A model generated the notes under the pieces. That model saw only the letters and a list, made by a program, of their open reading frames with translations. It was not told where the DNA came from and did no database searches. The translations under genes and the position numbers were made by a program. This document shows, piece after piece, positions 10,770 through 19,495 of a stretch of 64,000 bases of DNA (positions within the stretch are counted from its first letter, which is position 1; each line of letters begins with the position of its first letter). Origin of the DNA: Candidatus Cloacimonadota bacterium (lineage in GTDB: Bacteria > Cloacimonadota > Cloacimonadia > JGIOTU-2). Location: positions 1-64,000 of the forward strand of contig JBNGBT010000003.1 in assembly GCA_049903315.1 (NCBI GenBank), read 5' to 3'.

Positions 10770-11291
10770 GGGCAATTCCCCGAATTGAAAGCACTATAAA
10801 TATTACGATAGATTGGGGATAATCAGCCCTACACATAAGATTACACACATGCTCGTTCCCAAAGCCCTTTTCCATCAGGGCGTAATGAATGAAGACCGAT
10901 TTGGTAATGCATCATATTTCGATAATAGATGTTCTTTCTTTTACCTTGATGCAAAAGAAAGAACCAAATAAAAGATCAAGACTGCATGAAAATCATCTAA
11001 ACTATCTTACGAAAGCTATTCGATACCAAACTCATCCCGAAAAGAGGGATTCAGACATGGTATCTCATTTACGCTTTCATTGCGATATTTTTTCACGATA
11101 ATTTTCATGAGGTCGTAAAAATATTATCTTTTACTCAGATGCACTTTAGCTATTTAAATTGAGTTATCATATCTCACGTATTGTAAATCTTACTACTCAC
11201 AAAACATCATTTCCTAAATCTCTCAGTGGTCTCTGTGTTCTCTGTGGTTAATTTTCTTCTCGATCCCAATCAGGAGACTGGGTAATGCATT
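10766..11291. repeat. Cluster of decayed REP-like elements (GTAG type, CTCGTTCCCA...GTAATGCAT type, 9-nt CTCTGTGGT-like repeats)
   Basis: GTAGGGGCAATTC..GAATTG from 10766 and GCCCTAC ending 10832; CTCGTTCCCAA near 10852 and CTCGATCCCAA..TGGGTAATGCAT at 11260-11291; CTCAGTGGT-CTCTGTGTT-CTCTGTGGT at 11222-11248. Confidence 0.55.
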
Positions 11292-11369
11292 AATAAGGAA
11301 CTAATTAATAACTTGACGGCAAATCAACATTTCAGGAAGTGAAATCTAAATAACTTTTCGGAGGTTTCC

Positions 11370-11804
11370 GTGAAAGAACAGCATTCATTTCACAGAGGAC
11401 TGGAAGACATCCTGGAAGGGTACTGGATTGCTTACGAGCAAAAAGATATCGAAAAGATAAAGCAATTTCTTCCGAATGACGGTAATATTCTCTTTATTGG
11501 CACAGGTCGTGACGAAAAGGGAGAATCAATCGATGAATATATTAAGGCGACCGAGCGTGATTTTGAACAATCGGAAAAGCTGGAAGTTGAACTTAAGAAC
11601 TTCAATGCGGATTCTGCAGGCAGCGTAGCGTGGACTGCAGTCGATCTTGATGCAAAGGTAACTGTTGGAGGAAAAGTCCTTCCCCTTTTTGTGCGTTTTA
11701 CCGCAGTACTGGAACGTATCGGCGGTTCGTGGCTTTTCCGGCAAATGCACCTTTCTTTTCCTGCAGAAGGACAGAAAGAAGGTGAGTCCTTTCCCGTACA
11801 ATAA
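11370..11804 (+). CDS. NTF2-like / SnoaL_3 family protein
   Basis: FIGTGRDE, VAW, RFTAVLER..GSW..QMHLSFP pattern; GGAGG RBS before GTG. Confidence 0.85.
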   Translation: MKEQHSFHRGLEDILEGYWIAYEQKDIEKIKQFLPNDGNILFIGTGRDEKGESIDEYIKATERDFEQSEKLEVELKNFNADSAGSVAWTAVDLDAKVTVGGKVLPLFVRFTAVLERIGGSWLFRQMHLSFPAEGQKEGESFPVQ

Positions 11805-11807
11805 TCG

Positions 11808-13034
11808 ATGGACACCCTCTCAAAAGCAGAAGCGCGAAATCTTGTGCTTCATGCGCAGCTTCTGACCGCATCCGCGCCAATAACACGTTGCAAGAATGGA
11901 GTTTATGAAATAATAGACCATCTTGGCTATGTGCAGCTTGATACACTCTCCGTTGTAAAACGCGCACATCATCATACACTCTGGAACAGACAACCTGATT
12001 ACAATCCTGACATGCTGCTCGAATTGCAACGTGATGATAAACTCATTTTTGAATACTGGGGACATGCCGCATCCTATCTTCCTATGAAGGATTACCGTTT
12101 TTATCAGCACAGAATGAACAATGTTGATGACCCGAATTCAAAATGGGAAAAGGAACGGCTTGATAAGTATGGTTATCTCCTCGAACCAATCATGTCTGAA
12201 GTCCGTAAAAAGGGACCATGCCAGGCAAAGGATCTCGAGCTACCCGGGATTTCGTTCAAGAAGGGGAAAAATCTTCCCTGGGAGTCAACCCAGGTGCGGT
12301 TTGCACTGAACATGCTCGTATTCATGGGGCAACTTATGATTGCTGAGCGTAAAAAGTTTCAGAAATATTATGACCTTACAGAACGAGTTCTGCCATTAGG
12401 TATTGATACAACATTACCTTCACATCAGGAGCTTGGCAGATTTCTTGTCACAAGAGCATTGAAAAGTTATGGTATTGCAACAGCGAAAGACATACGAGAT
12501 CATATTTTTCTTGCAAGCACGCAGTTGATTCAAAAAACAATAAAAGAGATGCTAAGAGCTCGTGAGATCATTGATGTTTCCGTCGAAGGGGATGAGAAGA
12601 GCACCTATTATGCACTTCCTTCAACGATTGAATATATCAAAAATATTATTGAACCAAAACGAACGATCATCCTCTCTCCATTTGACAATTTGATCATTCT
12701 GAGAGATCGGATGAAGCGATTGTTCGATTTCAAATATGCCCTTGAATGCTATGTCCCACCCAATAAAAGAATTGATGGATACTTCGTGTGCCCGATTTTG
12801 TGGAAGGACAGATTCGTAGGCCGGCTCGATCCGAAAGCGGACAGAAAAAAGAAACAGCTCATTCTGAAAAATATTTTTTTCGAAGAAGATTTTGATGAAT
12901 TCGATGAATTCCTGCCATCCTTTGCACACACACTTGTAGATTTTATGAAATTTAATGACTGCGAAGGGATTGTGGTAGAATCGATGAGACCGAAGAAGAT
13001 GGGAACAGAGTTGGTTAAAAGGTTGAAAAGTTAG
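11808..13034 (+). CDS. ycaQ: YcaQ/AlkZ-family (HTH_42) crosslink-repair DNA glycosylase
   Basis: VQLDTLSVV (QxD motif), FEYWGHAAS, YDLTERVLP, LSPFDNL, YALECYVP, VGRLDPKADR. Confidence 0.88.
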   Translation: MDTLSKAEARNLVLHAQLLTASAPITRCKNGVYEIIDHLGYVQLDTLSVVKRAHHHTLWNRQPDYNPDMLLELQRDDKLIFEYWGHAASYLPMKDYRFYQHRMNNVDDPNSKWEKERLDKYGYLLEPIMSEVRKKGPCQAKDLELPGISFKKGKNLPWESTQVRFALNMLVFMGQLMIAERKKFQKYYDLTERVLPLGIDTTLPSHQELGRFLVTRALKSYGIATAKDIRDHIFLASTQLIQKTIKEMLRAREIIDVSVEGDEKSTYYALPSTIEYIKNIIEPKRTIILSPFDNLIILRDRMKRLFDFKYALECYVPPNKRIDGYFVCPILWKDRFVGRLDPKADRKKKQLILKNIFFEEDFDEFDEFLPSFAHTLVDFMKFNDCEGIVVESMRPKKMGTELVKRLKS

Positions 13035-13079
13035 CAGGTTTAAATGTTTAAAGGTTTTGGGTATTGGGTGTTGGGATTT

Positions 13080-13328
13080 TCAGGAGAAGATATTCACTAA
13101 TATTTTGATAACCAATCCGATCATAACGATCATTATTCCCACGATGGTTCCAATGGTTTGGAATATGCCGAATTCACCCCAGGTGCCATAACCAATAACA
13201 TCTGCAAGGAGCGAAACGAGTGTAAGCATAAGGCCGATCGTAAGGATTGCAGAGCTTGCGTTCAACAAATCGGTTTTTGCCGAATTTTCCTGATTTCTAT
13301 TCGCTCGTGTCTTGCCATTCTCCAACAT
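13080..13328 (-). CDS. Small two-TM hypothetical membrane protein
   Basis: Two hydrophobic helices around ADVIGYG..GEFG; GAGGA upstream of ATG at 13328. Confidence 0.6.
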   Translation of the reverse strand: MLENGKTRANRNQENSAKTDLLNASSAILTIGLMLTLVSLLADVIGYGTWGEFGIFQTIGTIVGIMIVMIGLVIKILVNIFS

Positions 13329-13494
13329 AGTGTCCTCGTGTGCAGAAAAAGATGTTACCGGGCACATTATTGTCAAGAATATGATTTTATCTCTGACATC
13401 TGCTCATGCAATTCAGGATTTGATGGGGCACACAAAATTAATTGACATGCAAAGAAATAACACATGAGAATCAGTTCTGAAAGAAGGAGATAAG

Positions 13495-14154
13495 ATGCAA
13501 GTAGATATCAAAAAATTTACGTATATGACCGGTCTCGCTGGAGGGGGCTTGATCGTTTGCACGTCAGTAATTACTGCGCTTGTATATCATGGAACGAAGG
13601 GTGAATCGTATTCACCCATTAATCATTTTATATCGGAGCTCGGGCAGAGAGGAGTATCGCAATTGGCACCTCTTTTCAATATCGGGCTCATGATCGGCGG
13701 CGTGCTCTTTGCATTGTTTATGCTTGGACTCGGCATGTATATAAAGAAACTCTCTGCGTATATTGCTTCCGGACTTGGTGTTATCACAGGCATTGCATGC
13801 GGCTTGGTGGGTGTGTTCCCCATGAACAATATGCAAATTCACGTGCCGGTCGCCATGGTCTTTTTCCGTGGTGGACTGATCACGATTTTGTTTTTTACGT
13901 TGATTTTCATTTTTGATACACAGAAAAAAATATCCAAATGGATGGTCATTCCCGGCGGAATTACCGTACTGGCATTTGCTGCTTTTTTGACCATTCCGAA
14001 AATGTTGGGATATGCAACAGGCACTTCTCTTTCTGTGCCCGATGTGCGACCTGCATTCTGGCTGAATCCATTCCTTGAGTGGCTGGTATTCCTGACGGTT
14101 ATCTGCTGGGTGATTTCGCTGTCTGGGTATTTGATGAAGAAGACCTCACCCTAA
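13495..14154 (+). CDS. DUF998-family membrane protein
   Basis: YSPINHFISELG, FNIGL, LVGVFP, H in helix 4, EW near the C-terminus. Confidence 0.8.
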   Translation: MQVDIKKFTYMTGLAGGGLIVCTSVITALVYHGTKGESYSPINHFISELGQRGVSQLAPLFNIGLMIGGVLFALFMLGLGMYIKKLSAYIASGLGVITGIACGLVGVFPMNNMQIHVPVAMVFFRGGLITILFFTLIFIFDTQKKISKWMVIPGGITVLAFAAFLTIPKMLGYATGTSLSVPDVRPAFWLNPFLEWLVFLTVICWVISLSGYLMKKTSP

Positions 14155-14192
14155 CCCTCTCCTTGGGAAGGAGAGGGAATTAAAGGGAGAGG
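14144..14192. repeat. REP-like hairpin CCTCACCCTAACCCTCTCCTT-GGG-AAGGAGAGGG, containing the stop codon of the upstream gene
   Basis: Perfect 10-bp stem CCCTCTCCTT/AAGGAGAGGG. Confidence 0.7.
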
Positions 14193-14318
14193 TTTTTAAA
14201 AACATTTGACAAAAAAGGCAGGAAAATGAAGTGAGGATTATGAACTTGAGTGGCATTTGGTTTTACTGCTGAGGTTGAGTGTGAAAGAGATTTGGAGAAA
14301 AGATTGTTAGGAATAAAT

Positions 14319-14867
14319 ATGAGAAAAGATAAAATTATTCAAGAAATAAAAATATTACGAGAAAAATATATAAAATGTAGGGCTTATTTTCCATATATAT
14401 CAAGTGAAATGATGGGACAAAAACAATTCATAACACCACCTTTATATAGAGGAGAGGGCCATACTTGTATATTTCAGTTCCATGAACCAATAACAGAAAA
14501 GGATATAAAGAATAATAATGAAATTGGGCACTGGATTAACCAAAATGTGATTATTCGATTATATGCTCTTCTGGATTCAAATCATATTGTTTCAAATAAA
14601 GTTAAAATAAGAAAAGAAATCGATAGCTGGGAGTATGTTGATATTTTAAGAAGATTAAGAGGTATTTTTGCACATGCTTCAGGCCATTATGATAAAAAAA
14701 ACGATGACCATAAGAAATTAATAGCAGAAATTAATAAACAATTTAATTTAAGTTATGATCCCGAGGAGTTAGTTGAATTTCCTCTATCAATAGATAAGAT
14801 TATCTCACCTCTTTTTAATGGGTGTATAGGATATATTAAGAATTTAGTTAAATTTGAGAAAAGTTGA
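14319..14867 (+). CDS. AT-rich hypothetical protein with an R-x4-H (HEPN-like) motif
   Basis: ATG at 14319 after AGGA; helical composition; LRRLRGIFAH. Confidence 0.6.
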   Translation: MRKDKIIQEIKILREKYIKCRAYFPYISSEMMGQKQFITPPLYRGEGHTCIFQFHEPITEKDIKNNNEIGHWINQNVIIRLYALLDSNHIVSNKVKIRKEIDSWEYVDILRRLRGIFAHASGHYDKKNDDHKKLIAEINKQFNLSYDPEELVEFPLSIDKIISPLFNGCIGYIKNLVKFEKS

Positions 14868-14902
14868 AGATATTGTGTTAAGTTGGAATTCGCTCTCCAA
14901 TC

Positions 14903-14986
14903 ACTTATCTCAAGCCCTTCGGTTTGTGACAAGATAATTCTTATTGATCGAAATAGCTGTGCAGGATAAACCTGCACTTATCACAG
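14903..14986. repeat. ACTTATC...TGTGACAAG hairpin repeat (copy of 1047-1077) plus GTGCAGG/CCTGCAC hairpin
   Basis: 14903-14933 matches 1047-1077 at 26 of 31 positions by manual alignment. Confidence 0.6.
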
Positions 14987-15074
14987 GGTGGGGATAGAGT
15001 TGAGTTGTATATGACGTCCTATATAACAATTATACAATTTCCATTCTTTATTTAGTGATTTTCGTGGTTAAGCT

Positions 15075-15767
15075 TTATCTTTCCCTATCAAAAATAGACG
15101 GTGGGCAGAATTCCTCGATCCTTTCAATAATGCGTTCTGCCTGCTTAATAATTTCTTCCTCAGAACAATTATTCGTATTTATCTCGAGCACCTGCGTCAT
15201 TTTCCTGGCACGCGGAATCCAATTATCATACGCATCATTGAGCTGCTGAAGATAACTTTTCGGAATACTTTTTTCGCTTTCTCTTCCACGCTGCTGAATG
15301 CGCTCGACAAGTTCGTCCACATCAGCACGAAGGTACACTATCAGGTCAGGATCCTGCAGGTAGTAGGTCATGTTCTTGAATAGGTCCTGGTAATTCTCAA
15401 AATCCCTTTCGGTCATGGAGCCGTTCTTGTACAGAGTGCGCGCAAAGATCTCGGCATCTTCATAGATGGTCCTATCCTGTATGCACGAGATATTGTTCTC
15501 CACGATCTTTTTTTGCATTTCAAAACGCTTTGAGAGGAAGTACACCTGCAGGTGGAAGCTCCATCGTTCCATGTTTTTATAAAAGTCGTCGAGGTAGGGA
15601 TTGGTAATGACTGGCTCGTAGTATGCTTCCCATTCCAGTTTTTTGCTGATGAGTTGGGTCATGGTGGTTTTGCCCACGCCGATATTGCCAGCGATTGCGA
15701 CGAAATAGTGATATTCTGTTGTGCTGTCAGGGTCATTCAAACGATGGAAATCTTTTGCTCTGATCAT
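15075..15767 (-). CDS. Deoxynucleoside kinase
   Basis: AGNIGVGKTT, YEP, LQVYFL, DRTIYED, RGRESE lid. Confidence 0.93.
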   Translation of the reverse strand: MIRAKDFHRLNDPDSTTEYHYFVAIAGNIGVGKTTMTQLISKKLEWEAYYEPVITNPYLDDFYKNMERWSFHLQVYFLSKRFEMQKKIVENNISCIQDRTIYEDAEIFARTLYKNGSMTERDFENYQDLFKNMTYYLQDPDLIVYLRADVDELVERIQQRGRESEKSIPKSYLQQLNDAYDNWIPRARKMTQVLEINTNNCSEEEIIKQAERIIERIEEFCPPSIFDRER

Positions 15768-16000
15768 GTCGATCCTCTGCGATTTATTCTTTACTTTATG
15801 ATAAATTTCTGGAACTCACAATCAGAATTTTATATTTGAAATTATTTGTCAAAATTTATGGGAGAATATGTGAAATTTCAAAATCCTAATTTCTAATGAC
15901 TAATTAAAGGTTAAAATACAAATGGCAAAGCGGATATGCCATAAAAATTTTGTCAGTTAGAGTATGGGAATCTCAGCATGACATTCGTTGGTAATTAAAA

Positions 16001-16045
16001 ACACCCCACGGCCAAAACCGCACCCCTCTTGTTAGAGGGGAATTT
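16001..16045 (+). repeat. REP-like unit ACACCCC-N-CACCCCTCT..AGAGGGGAATT, copy 1
   Basis: Same architecture at 16121-16173 and 32656-32702. Confidence 0.7.
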
Positions 16046-16120
16046 TCGATAACTTTTTCATAAATGGTTAAATTTTAGGTGAAAGAAATCGGTCGTTTGA
16101 AGGCAGTCTTCCCTACATTA

Positions 16121-16173
16121 CACACCCCGTCTTCCGATTATATCGGAATCCACCCCTCTCAAGAGGGGAATTT
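16121..16173 (+). repeat. REP-like unit, copy 2, with inner TTCCGAT/ATCGGAA hairpin
   Basis: CACACCCC..CACCCCTCTCAAGAGGGGAATTT. Confidence 0.7.
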
Positions 16174-16205
16174 ATCAGTAGAAATTAGGATTTAGAAATT
16201 GTCTT

Positions 16206-17099
16206 TTACTTATATCCGAACTCTTTGAGTACTCGTTCTTTTTTCCGCCAGTTTTTACGAATTTTTATCCAGAGATTAAGCCGTATTTTCTTTTGAGTAA
16301 GGTAATGAATATCGCGCTGTGCCGCAAGGCGTATCTCTTTTATCATTTCCCCGTTTTTGCCGATAATGATCTTCTTCTGTGAATGAGACTCAACAAAAAT
16401 ATTTGCCCACACTTCTGCCCTGTCCTCTTCTTCTTCGTACATATCCACAGTAACCGCAGTGGAATAAGGAATTTCCTGGTGGAGATGAAGGAAGATTTTT
16501 TCGCGAATGATCTCCTGTGCAAAGAAACGCATGTTGCGGTCCGAAATATTGGCGATGGGATAATATGGCGGGTGAACCGGGAGCAGCAGGAGAATTTTTT
16601 CCAGCAATTCGACTATGCCGATGCCTTTTTTTGCTGAAATAAAAAAGATATTTTCAAAACCCCAATCAGTGAGAGTGGCATTTGCCTCTTTAAGCACTTT
16701 CTCATTCTTTGCAAGATCAATTTTGTTGATAACAGCGAGTTTCGGGAGCTTTGATTTCAGGAGGATACTGCTCACTTGTGTGTCATAATCTGTGGGGAAA
16801 GTTTCGACGTCGATAATAAACAGAAGGACTTCCGCATCCTTGAGCGCTTCCGAGATCGAGGTTTGCATTTTTTCCTGGAGAAGATAGCGCGGTTTGAGAA
16901 AGCCGGGTGTATCAATAAAAACGATCTGGTAGTCATCATGGGAAAGAATACCGAGCAGGTTCTGGCGTGTGGTTTGAGGTTTGGGAGTCGTGATGGAAAG
17001 CTTCTCACCGAGAAAAGCGTTCATCAAAGTGGATTTGCCTACATTCGGTTTGCCGATTATGGACACAAATCCTGACCGGAAATTTATCTGCTCAGACAT
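16206..17099 (-). CDS. era: GTPase Era
   Basis: GKPNVGKST, PQTTR, DTPG, NKID, EIPYS, IIIGKNG KH domain. Confidence 0.97.
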   Translation of the reverse strand: MSEQINFRSGFVSIIGKPNVGKSTLMNAFLGEKLSITTPKPQTTRQNLLGILSHDDYQIVFIDTPGFLKPRYLLQEKMQTSISEALKDAEVLLFIIDVETFPTDYDTQVSSILLKSKLPKLAVINKIDLAKNEKVLKEANATLTDWGFENIFFISAKKGIGIVELLEKILLLLPVHPPYYPIANISDRNMRFFAQEIIREKIFLHLHQEIPYSTAVTVDMYEEEEDRAEVWANIFVESHSQKKIIIGKNGEMIKEIRLAAQRDIHYLTQKKIRLNLWIKIRKNWRKKERVLKEFGYK

Positions 17100-18102
17100 T
17101 TTTGCACATCCTGTATATCATCATTTCGAGAATTGTTTTGTTTAATTTTGCATCAACCGATTTGAGCTTTTTATCAGCTTCCAGCAGGAGCGCAAAGATA
17201 AGTTCAAAATTTTCAAGGGAATAGAATTCGGATGAGTTCATAAAAGATTTCGCACCCCAGCCACCGAGAGAACGCTCGATTTCTGTTTTTGACTTATTCT
17301 GCTGATACCGTTGAATAAGAATATCCCACAAAGTTGTGTAGAAGCGAGTGAGCATGATCACAATGAGTACAGCAGACATGTTGTTTGCCAGCAGATTTTC
17401 CAGCACTTTTACTGCTTGTCCCAAATTGCGTTGAGCCAGGGCATTTTGAAGTTCGTAGATCGTGTTACCCTTTGAAATGCCGATACATGCTTCTACGTCT
17501 TCGGGAGTGATATGGACTCTGCCGGCGGAGTAAAGTGCGACTTTCTCAAGTTCGCCATGGAGATCCTGAAAATTAAGCCCTATGTAATCGACCATGATAC
17601 GCGCAGCTTCACCGTCAATTGTTTTATTGAGAACAGCAGATTCCTCCCTTAGGAAACGAATCGCTTCGCTCTCATTATACGGATGATAAAAATAGTAGGT
17701 TTGGGCGAGTTTCGCGAGCTTTGCATACATTCCGGAACGGGTATTTACCTTATCTGTCTCGATAACGAAAACTGCATCAGAAATAGGTTTTTCGAGATAT
17801 TCCATGATTTTTTTCTTATAAGTTATGTGCATGGACTGGAAGTTGCGGAGAATAACAAGCTTTTTGTCGGAAAGCATGGGCGGACTTTGCAGCGCTTCCA
17901 TAACTTCATTTGCCTTAGCTTCTTCTCCGAAAAACATCTCGAAATTGAAATCCATTACTTTGGGTGGAACGAGTGCATTTTTAAGGTGTTGAAACGCTTT
18001 ATCTTTCAGATAACTTTCGTCGTCATTGAAAAAGTAATTGTTGTGAATGATCCCCTTTTGAAGTTCGGCTTTAAAATCCCAGTATTTGAGTTTTTTATTC
18101 AT
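17092..18102 (-). CDS. holA: DNA polymerase III delta subunit
   Basis: DFNFEMFFGEE, PMLSDKKLVIL, ELEKVALY, ADKKLKS pattern; 336 aa. Confidence 0.85.
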   Translation of the reverse strand: MNKKLKYWDFKAELQKGIIHNNYFFNDDESYLKDKAFQHLKNALVPPKVMDFNFEMFFGEEAKANEVMEALQSPPMLSDKKLVILRNFQSMHITYKKKIMEYLEKPISDAVFVIETDKVNTRSGMYAKLAKLAQTYYFYHPYNESEAIRFLREESAVLNKTIDGEAARIMVDYIGLNFQDLHGELEKVALYSAGRVHITPEDVEACIGISKGNTIYELQNALAQRNLGQAVKVLENLLANNMSAVLIVIMLTRFYTTLWDILIQRYQQNKSKTEIERSLGGWGAKSFMNSSEFYSLENFELIFALLLEADKKLKSVDAKLNKTILEMMIYRMCKNV

Positions 18103-18694
18103 CAGAGTCTACAGCGAGTAACTCGAGCTGGTCTTCTACTTTCATGTTTTGAGGTTCGGCAATATCCGTCGCCATAAGCTCACGTATCTGATGAAGATTG
18201 GGAAGGTCTTCAATCGCATTGAGTCCGAAAAATTGCAGGAATTTATCTGTCGTTGCATAGAGCAGTGGACGCCCGAAGGTTTTCATTCTGCCTGCAATTT
18301 TTATAAGCTTTACTTCCAGCAGGTTCTTTATATGATATTGAGAATTTACTCCACGTATCGCATCTACTTTAGGTCGCGTGATCGGCTGGTGGTAGGCGAC
18401 GATTGCAAGTACTTCAAGCGCGGAGGAGGTTAAACTGATGTCTTTTTTCTCTTCGTATAACTTTTCTATGAGGTGGTAAAATTGCCGGTCTGTCGCAAAC
18501 TTGTAGCCCCCGGCGACCTTCCTGATGCAGAATGTTCTGCCCTGTTCACTGTATTCAATATTCAGTTTCTCGATAATCTTCTCGACTTCTGATCCGTCTT
18601 CAACGCCAAGATGCTGCGCTATCTGTTCTGCTGATATTGGTTTTTCCGATGCGAAGATAATTACTTCAATGGATTTTTTCATATTCTGTGTCAT
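18095..18694 (-). CDS. scpB: SMC-Scp complex subunit ScpB
   Basis: VAGGY, ALEVLAIVAYHQPITR, IRGVNS, GRPLLYATTDKFL, DLP. Confidence 0.95.
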   Translation of the reverse strand: MTQNMKKSIEVIIFASEKPISAEQIAQHLGVEDGSEVEKIIEKLNIEYSEQGRTFCIRKVAGGYKFATDRQFYHLIEKLYEEKKDISLTSSALEVLAIVAYHQPITRPKVDAIRGVNSQYHIKNLLEVKLIKIAGRMKTFGRPLLYATTDKFLQFFGLNAIEDLPNLHQIRELMATDIAEPQNMKVEDQLELLAVDSDE

Positions 18695-18697
18695 AAT

Positions 18698-19495
18698 TTA
18701 AATAAAAAATATAGTAATGATCCCGATGATCCAGCAGTAAATGGAGAAGTAAAACAACTTTGCTTTCTTGATCATTCTGATGAGAAAAGCAATCGCAAAG
18801 TATCCCACAATTGCTGCAAAAATACCCCCAAGGATAAAGTTTAAACCCATCGAACCGGATGCAACCGCAGACTGAAGATCTTTTAATTTAAGGAAAGTGG
18901 CACCGAGAATTGCAGGGATGGAAAGAAGGAAGGAAAATCTTGTCGCCAGATCGCGGGTTCTTCCTGTAAAAATGCCTGTGGTAATTGTCGCTCCCGAACG
19001 AGAAATTCCCGGAATAATAGCAATACTCTGGGCAAGTCCTACTAGCAGTGCAGAGGGGACGCTCATTTTTGTCTTGGTTGTATTCTTTATTTTATCAGAT
19101 GCAAAGAGAACACCGCCTGTAATGATGAGCATAAAGCCCACAAGAACCGTGTTTTCAAAAAGTGATTCAAAAGTATCCTTGAACTTAAATCCAATGATCG
19201 CAGTAATTACCGATGCGATGAAGAGATAGAAAAGAAGGTGGTGCGCATATTTTATATTTTTAGGAGCATCTTTTCTCCAATTAAACAGAGACTGGATTAT
19301 GTCCCAAATGTCTTTTCTGAAAAAAATGATCACGGCGACAAGTGTGCCGAGATGGACTGCAATCTCAAAAAGGACGCCCGGATCGTTGAATCTCAGAAGT
19401 TTCTGAAAGATAACCAAATGTCCCGAACTGCTTACAGGAAGAAACTCTGTAAGTCCCTGTATAATGCCGAGAATTATTGCTTTGATTGCGGTCAT
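18698..19495 (-). CDS. uppP: Undecaprenyl-diphosphate phosphatase (BacA)
   Basis: QGLTEFLPVSSSGH, PGISRSGAT, FSFLLSIP. Confidence 0.96.
   Translation of the reverse strand: MTAIKAIILGIIQGLTEFLPVSSSGHLVIFQKLLRFNDPGVLFEIAVHLGTLVAVIIFFRKDIWDIIQSLFNWRKDAPKNIKYAHHLLFYLFIASVITAIIGFKFKDTFESLFENTVLVGFMLIITGGVLFASDKIKNTTKTKMSVPSALLVGLAQSIAIIPGISRSGATITTGIFTGRTRDLATRFSFLLSIPAILGATFLKLKDLQSAVASGSMGLNFILGGIFAAIVGYFAIAFLIRMIKKAKLFYFSIYCWIIGIITIFFI

Larger units (their letters stand above)
15874..16200. mobile_element. MITE-like 327-bp element bounded by 22-bp inverted repeats and enclosing two REP-like units
   Basis: AATTTCAAAATCCTAATTTCTA (15874-15895) vs TAGAAATTAGGATTTAGAAATT (16179-16200): 21/22 complementary; no target-site duplication seen. 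Confidence 0.5.

Noticed and set aside
10889..11101. 70-aa ORF
   Set aside because: Lies in REP-rich DNA, with no clear RBS and no recognisable motif.
14305..15045. Integron gene cassette (GTTAGGA just before the AT-rich ORF)
   Set aside because: No convincing RYYYAAC...GTTRRRY attC after the stop codon and no integrase in the window.
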